From IMG/VR virus record IMGVR_UViG_3300020055_000004: a stretch of DNA of 64,000 bases, one strand, 5' to 3'. The stretch is from a virus. The notes beneath the pieces are model-generated. The model was not told where the DNA came from and did no database searches. It saw nothing but the letters and a program-made list of their open reading frames with translations. The position numbers and the translations under genes are program-made. Of this stretch, positions 19,903-31,008 are shown piece by piece; position 1 is the stretch's first letter; every line of letters begins with the position of its first letter.

Positions 19903-21609
19903 ATGGAACTGTTTGGATTTGAGATAAACCGCAAGAAAGAAGAGAAGCAAAAAGAAAAGCTTGTCTCCTTCGTACCTCCGTCAAACGAAGATGGTGCATT
20001 AACCGTTGCCGCCGGCGGCGTATATGGCACTTATGTCGATCTCGATGGTTCAGTCAGAACCGAAGCAGAATTAGTAAACAAATATCGTGCCATTTCGTTT
20101 GACCCTATTCTCGACATGGCAATTCAAGAAATCTGTAATGAAGCTATTGTCGAAGATTCAGACGAAGAAACAGTTAGTATTGTCCTTGACAATTTAGATA
20201 CACAAGAATCAATTAAAAAATCAATTCAAGAAGAATTTGATGAAGTATTAAAACTTCTAGAATTTAATCGTTTGAGTTATGAATTGTTTCGTCGTTGGTA
20301 TATTGATGGTCGCTTATACTATCATATACTTGTAGATGAAAAGAAACCGGCTCGAGGTATTCTAGAAGTAAGATATATTGATCCCCGCAATATCAAAAAA
20401 GTAAGAGAAGTTAAAAAAGAAAAAGATCCAAAGACTGGTGTTACAATTGAAAAAATTGTTAACGAATACTATATGTACAGTCCATCAGGATTTTTAAAGA
20501 GAACTGGATCTATAACCGGTTCATCAATGAGTTCGTACGGATCTAGTAGTCCTGCAGCAAATGCTGAAGGAATTAAAATTTCTAAAGATTCTATCGTATA
20601 TAACACCAGTGGATATCAAAGCTTAGATAACAAACTTATTCTCTCTTGGTTACAAAAAGCTATACGACCTCTTAATCAACTGCGATCTATGGAAGATTCG
20701 TTAGTAGTATATCGTATTTCTCGTGCGCCTGAACGTCGAATTTTCTATGTTGATGTAGGCGGTCTGCCAAAAGCTAAAGCAGAACAATACTTGTCTGATA
20801 TCATGACTAAGTTCAAAAATAAAGTAGTTTATGATTCTGCAACTGGCGAAATTAAAGACGATCGTAAATTCATGACAATGCTAGAAGATTTCTGGTTACC
20901 ACGAAGAGAAGGTGGTAAAGGTACAGAGATTACTACATTGCCAGGCGGTGCTAATCTAGGAGATATTGAAGACGTACAATATTTTCAAACTAATTTATAT
21001 CGTGCGCTCAATGTACCTATTTCTCGATTACAGCCAGAATCTACATATAGTCTTGGAAGAGCCACAGAGATTACCAGAGACGAAGTTAAGTTCAGTAAGT
21101 TTATCCTACGTCTTCGACAAAAGTTCTCAGAATTATTTCTGAAACTTCTCGAGAGACAACTTATCCTAAAGCAGATTTGTTTGCCAGAAGAGTGGGAAGA
21201 ATGGAAAGATGAAATTAATTTTGACTTTGCTGTCGATAACTATTTCGAAGAATTAAAATCACTAGAAATGAATCGCGATCGCATTGGTCTATTGCGAGAG
21301 ATGGAAGAATATGTTGGTAAATATTATTCTCATGAATATATTCGTCGATATGTATTGCAACAATCAGAAGAAGAAATAAAAGATCTTGATGAGCAAATTA
21401 AAGCTGAAACAACAGATCTACGATATAATGAACCTGAAGAAGAGATGGAAGATGAGCCAGAAGAAGAACCAGCACCGCCGGCTCCTACATATAAGTTAGT
21501 TCCTGATGATTCAAAAGAACAAGAAGAAAAACCAGAAAAGAAAGAGGAGTATAACGAACTTCAGGTAAACTTGATTGAAAGTATGACACGATATCTAAAC
21601 GATGAATAA
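19903..21609 (+). CDS. gp20: portal vertex protein gp20
   Basis: YRISRAPERRIFYVDVG..EDFWLPRREGGKGTEITTLPG. Confidence 0.97.
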   Translation: MELFGFEINRKKEEKQKEKLVSFVPPSNEDGALTVAAGGVYGTYVDLDGSVRTEAELVNKYRAISFDPILDMAIQEICNEAIVEDSDEETVSIVLDNLDTQESIKKSIQEEFDEVLKLLEFNRLSYELFRRWYIDGRLYYHILVDEKKPARGILEVRYIDPRNIKKVREVKKEKDPKTGVTIEKIVNEYYMYSPSGFLKRTGSITGSSMSSYGSSSPAANAEGIKISKDSIVYNTSGYQSLDNKLILSWLQKAIRPLNQLRSMEDSLVVYRISRAPERRIFYVDVGGLPKAKAEQYLSDIMTKFKNKVVYDSATGEIKDDRKFMTMLEDFWLPRREGGKGTEITTLPGGANLGDIEDVQYFQTNLYRALNVPISRLQPESTYSLGRATEITRDEVKFSKFILRLRQKFSELFLKLLERQLILKQICLPEEWEEWKDEINFDFAVDNYFEELKSLEMNRDRIGLLREMEEYVGKYYSHEYIRRYVLQQSEEEIKDLDEQIKAETTDLRYNEPEEEMEDEPEEEPAPPAPTYKLVPDDSKEQEEKPEKKEEYNELQVNLIESMTRYLNDE

Positions 21610-22756
21610 TATTGATCCGATTGTAACCTCATTCGCTATCGCTGCAGCGAAGAAGGAAGCAAAAAAATTAGAAGATAAAATCTTCGATGTATTAGAAGAA
21701 GTTCAAACCCGCGGCCCTATGGGTCTTGATGGAGAACAAGGCCCACAAGGCCTAACTGGAAAAACCGGTCCGATGGGCCCACAAGGTCTACCCGGACCTC
21801 GTGGAGAAAAAGGAGAAACTGGTGAGCAAGGAATACAAGGAGAAACCGGAGAAATTGGACCAGCTGGTGAGCGGGGCGAAACTGGCTTACAAGGCATTCA
21901 AGGAGAACAGGGCCCACAAGGACCACAAGGGATTCAAGGAGAGATTGGTCCAATTGGTGAGCAAGGTCCGCAAGGTCCGCAAGGAGAACGCGGAGCAGAT
22001 GGACAACGCGGCGCTCAGGGAGAAAAAGGTGAAAAGGGTGACGTCGGCCCAACTGGCGCTACAGGAATTGCAGGACCGATCGGACCTCAAGGAGAAAAAG
22101 GCGATAAAGGCGATTCGGGAGAACAAGGTCCGCCGGGCAAGGATGGCAAAGATGGCCAAGACGCAGATCACGAACAAATAAAAGAACAAATCAATACTTT
22201 ATTTGATGATGCTAAAAATTATTTAGATACACAACAAAAGAATTTACAAGAGCAATTAGATGCTACTCAATTACAAGATCTAACTGAGTTTAAAGCAAAA
22301 CTTACAAAAGAAGTATCTGATACTATTGAGAAGCATAAGAAATTTATTGATACACAAATTTCTAATAAATGGGCGTCATCTGCTGGTGGTGGTTCGGTAA
22401 ATATCCTACAGATGGATGACGTTCAGTTTCAAAAGAGACATGAAGTCGAAGGCGATGCTATTTTAATATTTGATGCAAGTATAAAGAAATTTGTATCAGA
22501 ATCATTTAGCGCTATTATAGACAGATTAGAATTAAATATTGGGACGGCATTAGAAGTGCAATACGATAAATTAGTTGATCAAGAAGGTGATTTCACTTAT
22601 ATCGGTGAAGCAGCACCGGGCTCTGCTCGTGATGCGGCGGTATGGAGAATTAAAAGAGTCTATGAAATAGGCGATGATATTGAAATCATATGGGCAAATA
22701 ATACTGCCAATACAGAACTTATCTGGGACAATCGAGCAACGTACGAGTACAACTAA
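21602..22756 (+). CDS. collagen-like protein
   Basis: 50 uninterrupted G-X-Y triplets (approx. 21713-22162), then a coiled-coil-like segment and a YIGEA.PG...WRIKR C-domain. Confidence 0.9.
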   Translation: MNNIDPIVTSFAIAAAKKEAKKLEDKIFDVLEEVQTRGPMGLDGEQGPQGLTGKTGPMGPQGLPGPRGEKGETGEQGIQGETGEIGPAGERGETGLQGIQGEQGPQGPQGIQGEIGPIGEQGPQGPQGERGADGQRGAQGEKGEKGDVGPTGATGIAGPIGPQGEKGDKGDSGEQGPPGKDGKDGQDADHEQIKEQINTLFDDAKNYLDTQQKNLQEQLDATQLQDLTEFKAKLTKEVSDTIEKHKKFIDTQISNKWASSAGGGSVNILQMDDVQFQKRHEVEGDAILIFDASIKKFVSESFSAIIDRLELNIGTALEVQYDKLVDQEGDFTYIGEAAPGSARDAAVWRIKRVYEIGDDIEIIWANNTANTELIWDNRATYEYN

Positions 22757-23142
22757 TGTGTAATCCAAATTGTTTAACAACTCTCAATGACGATACACAA
22801 AAAGAAATCGCTAGCATTTCAATCGGTGATGTCATTAAAACAAAAAACTATGATACATTAGCAGATGTAGAAGCAACTGTCACTGGTAATACTGTAAAAC
22901 TAGCAGATCAAATTATTTTTTATTATACTGATGACACATTACATCAGTATGGAACTACACAAGAAATATACACTGACGATGGATGGAAATTAGCAACAGA
23001 CATTGTTATTGGAGATACGCTAAATTCTGGTAGTAAAGTTGTACAATCATGGGAAATTGAAAAAAATAAAATAGTTACAGATGTTATTTCATCTGAAAAT
23101 ACTTTTATAGCAAATGGATTTTTAGTAAGGTGTAGTGTCTAA
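22756..23142 (+). CDS. stand-alone Hint (intein-like) domain protein, probably splicing-inactive
   Basis: KEIASISIGDVI, YTDDGWKLATDIVIGD, NTFIANGFLV; lacks block-B TxxH and terminal His-Asn. Confidence 0.7.
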   Translation: MCNPNCLTTLNDDTQKEIASISIGDVIKTKNYDTLADVEATVTGNTVKLADQIIFYYTDDTLHQYGTTQEIYTDDGWKLATDIVIGDTLNSGSKVVQSWEIEKNKIVTDVISSENTFIANGFLVRCSV

Positions 23143-25538
23143 TGGCTATCGGAGGAAACCCAATTGTTGTCGATTCGTCTGCTGCAAATGATACTGCTCC
23201 TGCTCAAACACAAGCGACAACTACATTTGAATTTGTCGTATCTGATACTTTTGCAAACCTAAACAACGGTGATATCGGAGCTGGAACTTTTGGTCCGGGT
23301 TCTACATATGTTGGTAGATTGGTATGTATTAGGCCACACACAAGTACAGAAGTTACTAGACGCGTTACAGCTGATACTGCAGGAACTGGCACAACTCGAA
23401 TTTTAACAGTATCAGAAGCATTTGCTTCGGGTGAAGAACCTGCACAAAACGACGAAATTCAATTTTGTTACAGAGCCGAAGATGTATCAACCGCAACAGG
23501 TTATACATATCGAACTCGAACCGGAGTATTTGAAGCCGGTAGAAATTTATTAATTGGTGATCCTACCGCTCAACCCGCAGCCGGCACTTTTCCTTGGTTA
23601 GCCGTACTTGATTCAGAATTATTTGAAATTAATGATGCTGGCGCAGCAGGTACTGGTCTTATTATTGGCCAACGATCACGTTTTCAAAGTGGATTTAAAG
23701 TTGCAGATACACCAGTATCAGGTGGTACAATACTATTTCTCAGTGCATCTGACGGCGAAAACGCATTTGAAATGGCTAATACATGTTCAATGCAAATCTA
23801 TAATACTTCCTTGATTGCACCCGTAGCAGATTTAAATAGTATCGTATATACTGGTGATACTGTAGTTGTTCCTACAGAATATAGTGAATTTGAGAATGTG
23901 TTTATTGCAAATTTGACAAATAGCTTGTCTTTAAGTGGTGCTGGATTTGATATAAAAGATGTTAGTATTACAGGTTCAGATAATACAACATCTTCAGTGG
24001 AAACAATGGATAACTTTGGTGGTGGTAGTACAGGACCGTTTGAAAATGTTATCTTTAACACATTAAGTGGATTAGCATTTCCATTTGGTGGCGGTGCTAC
24101 ACTAAGAAATTGTAAATTTATTAACTGTGTTGGAAATTTTAATGATACAAGCTCTGCAGTCGGTATTACTGCAATTGATTGTCTATATAGTAGTAACCCA
24201 CCTGATTTAAATTTAGTATCAAATGGTGGAGATGTATTTAGAGCATTAAGTACTACATCGTCTATTGATAGAGCACTTAGATTAAATCTATCAGTACAAG
24301 ATATCAATCAGTCTCCAGTAGATGCTCGATATAGAAGATATGAAGCTCTGCAAACAGACGGCCAAATCGGCAGTCCTCAGGTTTTTGGTACAGATGGTGT
24401 TGCTAACTCTTCTATCACTGCTAATACATATACGTATACGTCAGGCACCACTGTAAATACACAAAACTTTAATAATTATGCTGTAAAAATATATGAGTAC
24501 GGTGATATACCATTAGATACAGGATTGCTGAGCCCAGTAGGTAGAAATGAAGGTTGGGATTTTTCTTTTACCTCTGTTGCTGATCCAGAAATAACACAGG
24601 CAACTCAAGCCACCGCTGAATCAGAAGGAAGCGGCGCGGTGATTACTCGACACGGCGCCGGTGAAACTGATACACAACCAATGAAATTACTAGCATATGA
24701 TGGTGGCTCTGGTACTTTGCCATCAGCTGGAACGACATTAACCGCAGGTGGTGGTGCAACTGGAGATGTGGTAGAATTCTTTGATACTACATTTATTTCT
24801 GATGTTACGAGTGGATTTGTGTTAGTTGAAAACTGGAATGGTACTGAATTTGGTGATAACGAATCATTGACAGGTACTGGTTTTACAGCTACGACAGATA
24901 CTGCTTCTTTATATCAAGAATATACATGGGAGTATGATCCTACTGCAGCATCAAATACTGATATTAGAGCAATTTACGATTATCAATTCGCAGCACTTGA
25001 TACCCAAACTTCTAATACTTATACAGCATCAGTGATGGAGTTTAATGGCACTGAACACACTCATATGGTGTTTAAAGAAAATAATGAGTTATCAACTAAA
25101 CGAAATGTTACAAAAACTGAAGGCGTCTATATACGCGGTTTGCTAGCAACAGAAGTAGATTTCTTTACTTCTGATAGTGGCGCATTATTCAATTCACCAA
25201 CAGTTGTAGAATTTATAATTAGTAATTTGCATGAAGATACCGAAGTTAGATTGTTCACAGATCCAGCTCTGTCTCCATTAGGTGGTGTTGAATCAGTTGG
25301 TAATACAGCTTCATATGATACTGCGTTCACAGCTGTGGCTGGTTCGCATCCTGATGCGACAACAGGACTATATGATATTAAATATACGTATGTATATACA
25401 TCTGATACAGATATATATGTAGTAGCACATTCACTTGAATATCAATATCAAAGATTAGAAACTACTTTAGTATCTACCAATTCAACTTTGCAAGTTAATC
25501 AAATTGCTGATAGGCAATACGATGCTGGAAGTGTTTAG
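23142..25538 (+). CDS. large putative virion protein
   Basis: 798 aa, Thr/Ser/Gly-rich with a beta-helix-like middle; coupled to the upstream genes. Confidence 0.55.
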   Translation: MAIGGNPIVVDSSAANDTAPAQTQATTTFEFVVSDTFANLNNGDIGAGTFGPGSTYVGRLVCIRPHTSTEVTRRVTADTAGTGTTRILTVSEAFASGEEPAQNDEIQFCYRAEDVSTATGYTYRTRTGVFEAGRNLLIGDPTAQPAAGTFPWLAVLDSELFEINDAGAAGTGLIIGQRSRFQSGFKVADTPVSGGTILFLSASDGENAFEMANTCSMQIYNTSLIAPVADLNSIVYTGDTVVVPTEYSEFENVFIANLTNSLSLSGAGFDIKDVSITGSDNTTSSVETMDNFGGGSTGPFENVIFNTLSGLAFPFGGGATLRNCKFINCVGNFNDTSSAVGITAIDCLYSSNPPDLNLVSNGGDVFRALSTTSSIDRALRLNLSVQDINQSPVDARYRRYEALQTDGQIGSPQVFGTDGVANSSITANTYTYTSGTTVNTQNFNNYAVKIYEYGDIPLDTGLLSPVGRNEGWDFSFTSVADPEITQATQATAESEGSGAVITRHGAGETDTQPMKLLAYDGGSGTLPSAGTTLTAGGGATGDVVEFFDTTFISDVTSGFVLVENWNGTEFGDNESLTGTGFTATTDTASLYQEYTWEYDPTAASNTDIRAIYDYQFAALDTQTSNTYTASVMEFNGTEHTHMVFKENNELSTKRNVTKTEGVYIRGLLATEVDFFTSDSGALFNSPTVVEFIISNLHEDTEVRLFTDPALSPLGGVESVGNTASYDTAFTAVAGSHPDATTGLYDIKYTYVYTSDTDIYVVAHSLEYQYQRLETTLVSTNSTLQVNQIADRQYDAGSV

Positions 25539-25540
25539 AG

Positions 25541-25548
25541 TATAAATA
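25541..25548 (+). promoter_or_regulatory. late promoter TATAAATA
   Basis: exact consensus, intergenic. Confidence 0.8.
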
Positions 25549-25586
25549 ACTAGAACAATAACCCCTCTTAATAGGAGAAAACCACA

Positions 25587-27656
25587 ATGGCAGTATTCGT
25601 TCCCAGTGAAGTAATCACTGATCCCGATGCACTATCTGCTACAGTGAAATTGACGACGGAGACACGTGCTGCGACGTCAGAAATTTTCATCGATACTACA
25701 CCTGCAGGTACGTTAGGTTCTGAGCGTACAATTCAGGTAGCTATTGATGCGTCAAATGATATGAAAGAAGCAGGTTTGACACTTAAGTGTCTTTATTCAT
25801 TCCTCAAAGATCGATGGAAGGCTGATGCTAATCTGATCAAATTCCCATTTCCAATGACTCCAATTACGGACGAACAGTTTGAATTTACGAATGGTTGGAA
25901 ATTGGAAGATACAGTTACTTCTGGTACTGGCGATGATGGTACAGGTGTAACTACCCCTTATTTAATTCGTACTGGTGGCTGGGCTGTCAATCAAGGTCCC
26001 GGTACTAACGACTCAGAGCGCTGGGTAAACGTTATCACACTGGGCGAATTGGACTCAAATGACCAAGTTTATTATCGTCAAGTTAATGATACGACGACTG
26101 CTCCTACAGATTTTCTTCTAGAAGGTCGTGTAAATCAGGCGATTCAATTTTATACTGATACGAACGCTGATGGTACACCAGATAGTAATTTATCTTCTTT
26201 CCTCGAAGTGTTTGTACGTACATTTGGTAAGACGTATTCACAAACGGACTTGGAAGATATTGGTGCTGCAGACGGTGTTACGTATCAAGCATATCGTTTC
26301 CCACTTGTGAATTCATCCGACGTTAAGATTACTGCATCACAGGCTGCAGCATCTGGTGATGATATTGCTCTTTCTAATATTACTGGTAACAGCTCTAACG
26401 GCACAGTTACAGTAACAACTGGAGGAAATCACGGTCTTGCAAATGGTGATTATGTAGACGTAACAGGTACTACTAACTTTAATAGTACAAACAATGCTAT
26501 TACAACTACAGGCGCGACTACATTTACATTTACAGAAACTAACGCTAATGCAGACGAAACTTCTGGTAATGTTTCCGGTACATATTTCAATAATATGTCA
26601 ATGTCTTGGGCAAATACTGCAGATAATACGCAGCAAACTGGATTCAATGATACATTTGATACAACTGGTGTATCAGTTCCAGAAGCTTACTTCACCGTAA
26701 ATATTGATGCCGATGTCGCAAATAATATTACGCCAAATCCTTCTGCTGAAACAATCTACACGTGGATTCAGGCTCAGCTGAAGAAGACAAGTGACATTAA
26801 TACCAATACTTCACAAACAGGTGTTCGTCGTGGTGATATTACACCATTGAAGGCACGATTTATTGGTGACGATCTGTATACTCTTGGTCAAGCTGACGTA
26901 CCCGGATCACAAGACTTCGAAGGTGTATATATTACTGATTATGCAGATGCTGACCAGAACAGATTGCATTTCTGGGGTTATGGATCTGAAGAAAATGATT
27001 CAGCTGTAATTTCAGTTATTGGTCGTGTAGCAAATGGTCAAGTTACTGTTGATACTACGGCAGATCATGGTTTTGCAAATGGTGATTATATTACTATTAC
27101 TAATGTAACTTCAGCTGGAGATGCATTTACTGGTAATTATGAAATTACAACAGTTCCCGATGCGAATACATTTACATATGATCAATCATCCACAACGGTA
27201 GAATCTGGCACAGTAAGTGGTACATCTCTAGCATCACCTGCTGAATTCCAGAACTTGACATTCCCATTCGTTTCTACATTGACATTGAGTTTTAACTCAA
27301 ACCTTGTTAATGATGGCGATGGTATCTTCCGTGTATTCTTCTTGAACGATGATGCACCGGGCGATAATACTGGTCGTGATTTCGGTACGAAGGATGCATT
27401 GCTTGTAAAAGATAATGGTAACGCTGATATTGCAGGTAATATTACACAAGCTACTGAAACCTTTAACTTCGCATATGATTCGAATATTCAACGAGGTGCT
27501 TCTACTGCTGCAACAGATGCACCGATTGTTGTTGTTGCTATCGGTCTAGATACGGCGCAATATGTAAAAGTTGATGATCAGGTTATTCAACGAGGTGACT
27601 TAACAGTATCGTTAGTTGCTCCACTCGAGAGAAACTACGATCCTGGCAGTGTATAA
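25587..27656 (+). CDS. putative virion protein with two HG[LF]ANGDY beta-barrel repeats
   Basis: AGGAG SD, own late promoter; NHGLANGDYV and DHGFANGDYI repeats. Confidence 0.6.
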   Translation: MAVFVPSEVITDPDALSATVKLTTETRAATSEIFIDTTPAGTLGSERTIQVAIDASNDMKEAGLTLKCLYSFLKDRWKADANLIKFPFPMTPITDEQFEFTNGWKLEDTVTSGTGDDGTGVTTPYLIRTGGWAVNQGPGTNDSERWVNVITLGELDSNDQVYYRQVNDTTTAPTDFLLEGRVNQAIQFYTDTNADGTPDSNLSSFLEVFVRTFGKTYSQTDLEDIGAADGVTYQAYRFPLVNSSDVKITASQAAASGDDIALSNITGNSSNGTVTVTTGGNHGLANGDYVDVTGTTNFNSTNNAITTTGATTFTFTETNANADETSGNVSGTYFNNMSMSWANTADNTQQTGFNDTFDTTGVSVPEAYFTVNIDADVANNITPNPSAETIYTWIQAQLKKTSDINTNTSQTGVRRGDITPLKARFIGDDLYTLGQADVPGSQDFEGVYITDYADADQNRLHFWGYGSEENDSAVISVIGRVANGQVTVDTTADHGFANGDYITITNVTSAGDAFTGNYEITTVPDANTFTYDQSSTTVESGTVSGTSLASPAEFQNLTFPFVSTLTLSFNSNLVNDGDGIFRVFFLNDDAPGDNTGRDFGTKDALLVKDNGNADIAGNITQATETFNFAYDSNIQRGASTAATDAPIVVVAIGLDTAQYVKVDDQVIQRGDLTVSLVAPLERNYDPGSV

Positions 27657-27672
27657 TAAATAACTATGTGAC

Positions 27673-27696
27673 GGGGGACATTTCGTCCCCCATTTC
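27673..27696 (+). terminator. putative weak terminator hairpin
   Basis: GGGGGAC-ATTTC-GTCCCCC then ATTTC. Confidence 0.5.
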
Positions 27697-27708
27697 TGAG
27701 GAATTATA

Positions 27709-28254
27709 ATGTTTACGAGATACGAAATTAGAAATACTGCCTATAAAATGAAAAACGGAAAGCCTCCGGTTTTTCCTGAAGTTGTTGAAACTTTACAACC
27801 AATGCTAGATGAAAAAGGATTTCATTGGGCAGATTTTCCAGAAATTTGGGATGTAGTAATTGTACAAGGTGAATACAAAGTTATTCATGCAATTAGAAAT
27901 CTACCTGCGGTAGAAATGATTTGTGCTCAAAAACAAATGGCAGAAAAAGTTGGTGCCGATCCTGATTTTGATGATCAAGGTAATGCTATTGTTGAATCTA
28001 TTGAAGCACAGTTTTTAGACGGTATTATGACTTGGGAAAACTATGCTCGAGAATGGGGTGTAGCTAAAGATGATACGGGTAGAATTATAACTAAACTTAT
28101 AAAACGTAAACCGGTTCAAAAAGTAGAGATCACACAAGATGTGATTGATCAAAAAATAAAAGAACAGCTGGCTCAAAATTCTGGTTCATCAGATATAGAT
28201 CAAGCGAGAGAAAATGTTACGCCACATGTTCGAGTCACAAAAGTAGTGGAGTAA
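27709..28254 (+). CDS. hypothetical protein
   Basis: GAGG SD; 181-aa ORF. Confidence 0.55.
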   Translation: MFTRYEIRNTAYKMKNGKPPVFPEVVETLQPMLDEKGFHWADFPEIWDVVIVQGEYKVIHAIRNLPAVEMICAQKQMAEKVGADPDFDDQGNAIVESIEAQFLDGIMTWENYAREWGVAKDDTGRIITKLIKRKPVQKVEITQDVIDQKIKEQLAQNSGSSDIDQARENVTPHVRVTKVVE

Positions 28255-28257
28255 TAA

Positions 28258-31008
28258 ATGGCAGGCGAAAAGAGATATACTAGGATACCACCGGAGAGCA
28301 CTGGCGACCGTGTGTACATGATACACACTGCGGAACTTGAATTTAAGAACGGCGGTAATTCTCCAACAGCAACATACGGTAATCACGACTGGAAAACAGG
28401 TGAAAGATATGATGTTGCTGGATTTGGGATGGTTCACGTTCATGGCGTGTACGACCGTCAGGATGGCACTGGTATTCTTGCAATACATTACTCTCAAACC
28501 AATAAGATGGAAAACAACGTTCCGGAAGCCGATTCGTTAATCTCGCTTGACGGTGTAAACGTTGGTCAAGTTGACACTGCATATGATGTTTATATCCCTG
28601 CACAAAACATTATGGGATATGACAATCCGGAATATGGATGGAACATTGATCGTTTTGGTTCTGGACCTGTTACATTTGCGGAGGGCCCACCTCTGCTTAC
28701 TGGGTTCGGTGCGCTTAAAGTTAACGATGCTAGAATATTGGCCACTTATGATTTTAATAAAAGCAATTTACCTAACGAATTTGTAAACTCCCGAGAAGGT
28801 GGTTCAGCAGTAAGTAACACATGGGATCCTGTTACTCGTGGTGTAAAACTTGCGGTGGGCGTAGATCAAGGTGATCGTGTAACACAAACATCAAACCTGT
28901 TTCACAGTACAGAAGATGGTGCAAGTATGTTGTTCGTGATGGCTACCAGAAGTGGTGATGCAGGAAAGGAAAATGTTGCCCGAAACTGGGGAGCATTTGA
29001 TTCAACAGATGGATACTTTTTCCAAATAAAAGGATCGGACTTAGCACCAGGTGGCAGAACACAAATGGGTATGCCAGTATCAGTAACACCTGCCGCTGGT
29101 TCAGCATTAAGAATTGTTCATCGTTATACATTCAATGGTACAACGGGTAATCACGAAGTACTTCAAAATGAGTGGAACAAAGACACTCTCTTAGGTACTG
29201 GTGGTGCTACAAACCCCTCTGGTATGCAATTAGACGTTACAAAAATAAATACGTATTGGGTTGACTATCAATACTTAGGAGGAGGTAGAACTCGTTGGGG
29301 TGTATTCTATAGAGGTGACCGCATTGTATGTCATGAAATGATTCATGGCAATGCAGAAGAAGGTCCAATGACTCAAAATAGTCATCCGATTTCTAATCCC
29401 AATAGACCTGTGTGTTGGGCAATGGCTAATTATGGAACTGCTGGTAGTAGTTCAGAATTTTATGCTTATGGTGCTGGTGTATTCATTGAAGCATCAACAG
29501 ATCCATTAAAATCTGCTCAACAAATTAGTATTGATGTACAGACAAAAACATGGGGTCAACCAGAACTTCAACCTTATTGGAGAACTAAACAAACTCGAAG
29601 TGGTAGTTCCAGCCAGTTCCCCGCCCTGTTAAAATCAGGTACATATAGCAGTCAAAGCAGCACACAGTATGCAATGACTTTATCTCCCGAACAGTTTTTA
29701 TCTAACGGGGATGAAAACCACACTGTGTATCAGCCAATTATTTTTCAGTTAAATAATCACGAGATAGAAACCGGAGACCCATCTCTTGTAGAGATTCGTG
29801 CTTTCTATGGTTGTATAATGCGAGGGTTCGAATGGGACGACAGCAAACCAAGCACCCCAACTGTTCTTTTTGATGAAGAAGGTGACCATTTAGCCCACGT
29901 AATAGAAATTGGTAGATTTGTGATTGACGGTTCAAAGGAATTCAACTTCAGTGAACTATCGGACAATTTCCAATACGGTACTGTAAGAAATCTTAGTGAC
30001 CAAAAGTTGTCAAGAGCACTACAACCTTTGACAGGATGGACAAGCACCGATGATCGTTATGGCACCGGACAAGCCAAAGTCGTGGTTGCAGTAGGTCCAG
30101 ATCCAGTTTATGGTTCCAGCATACACTATTTTGCAGATAAACAACCTGTTGCAATCAGAGAGGTTGATGGAGATCAAGTAATCAGTGACGCATTTAGCAC
30201 TGCAACAACTTTCACAAATATTAAAACAGCAGGTGCTTCTGGGTATGCTTCTGTAGATCAAGTAGATAATCCTGCGGATTGGCATTATATATCGTATGTA
30301 GATAGAAACGAGGCTTGGTTATATAATAGTCAAGCAGATATCGATGATGATCGTTTGACTCGTACTGTTGATGTAGATGATTGTCTAAGTTTAGATTTAG
30401 GGCAAAAACTCACCGTAACACCTACTGGTGCAACTGCGTTTATTATGAAGATAGACGTGGATACTACTGGTGCAATTGCAGCGACAGCAGCAACTACTGC
30501 TGAATATCAAATTGTTACAAGAGGCACAACTGACTTCACTGCTATTGGAGCACCAGATAATAATCCGGGCACTATCTTTACTGCCACCGGAGCGGGTACA
30601 GGAACAGGTACATTAGTAGCAACAAGTGGCACAGCAGGCACACTGGCAATTTGTGGTAGAAGTTCGGCGCAGGTAGATTACTTGGGATTATTTACTACAG
30701 ACGGTGGTGGTGCTGGTACAATCACATCAAATGGTACCGATGCAGGTGTCGCTAAAGATTACTGGACCTCGATCAATGCCCTTAGTTACACTGATTTGGG
30801 TATGGATGCTGACGAAGATTTATCAGGTTCAACTGCTCCGACTTATACTGGTTTGGCGTTATACGGTAATCCAAATCCAAGAGCAGCATGGACATTTATG
30901 ATTAAGCATTTGGATAATCCAAACGAAGACGGTGACGGTGACCGAGCACCAGTTAAGAAAAATTCCAGAACAAATTGGAATATATTCTGGCGTGAGAAGT
31001 TACAGTAA
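28258..31008 (+). CDS. large putative virion protein (lectin-like beta-sandwich core)
   Basis: 916 aa; WGAFD..DGYFF..Q.EWN.D..G...SG..LD.TK...YW.DYQYLGGGR.RWG motif. Confidence 0.55.
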   Translation: MAGEKRYTRIPPESTGDRVYMIHTAELEFKNGGNSPTATYGNHDWKTGERYDVAGFGMVHVHGVYDRQDGTGILAIHYSQTNKMENNVPEADSLISLDGVNVGQVDTAYDVYIPAQNIMGYDNPEYGWNIDRFGSGPVTFAEGPPLLTGFGALKVNDARILATYDFNKSNLPNEFVNSREGGSAVSNTWDPVTRGVKLAVGVDQGDRVTQTSNLFHSTEDGASMLFVMATRSGDAGKENVARNWGAFDSTDGYFFQIKGSDLAPGGRTQMGMPVSVTPAAGSALRIVHRYTFNGTTGNHEVLQNEWNKDTLLGTGGATNPSGMQLDVTKINTYWVDYQYLGGGRTRWGVFYRGDRIVCHEMIHGNAEEGPMTQNSHPISNPNRPVCWAMANYGTAGSSSEFYAYGAGVFIEASTDPLKSAQQISIDVQTKTWGQPELQPYWRTKQTRSGSSSQFPALLKSGTYSSQSSTQYAMTLSPEQFLSNGDENHTVYQPIIFQLNNHEIETGDPSLVEIRAFYGCIMRGFEWDDSKPSTPTVLFDEEGDHLAHVIEIGRFVIDGSKEFNFSELSDNFQYGTVRNLSDQKLSRALQPLTGWTSTDDRYGTGQAKVVVAVGPDPVYGSSIHYFADKQPVAIREVDGDQVISDAFSTATTFTNIKTAGASGYASVDQVDNPADWHYISYVDRNEAWLYNSQADIDDDRLTRTVDVDDCLSLDLGQKLTVTPTGATAFIMKIDVDTTGAIAATAATTAEYQIVTRGTTDFTAIGAPDNNPGTIFTATGAGTGTGTLVATSGTAGTLAICGRSSAQVDYLGLFTTDGGGAGTITSNGTDAGVAKDYWTSINALSYTDLGMDADEDLSGSTAPTYTGLALYGNPNPRAAWTFMIKHLDNPNEDGDGDRAPVKKNSRTNWNIFWREKLQ

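Noticed and set aside
21703-22189. several alternative-frame ORFs over the collagen region
   Set aside because: stop-poor shadows of GGN-rich G-X-Y codons
22756-23142. active intein or mobile element
   Set aside because: no exteins, no homing endonuclease, and the catalytic His/Asn are missing
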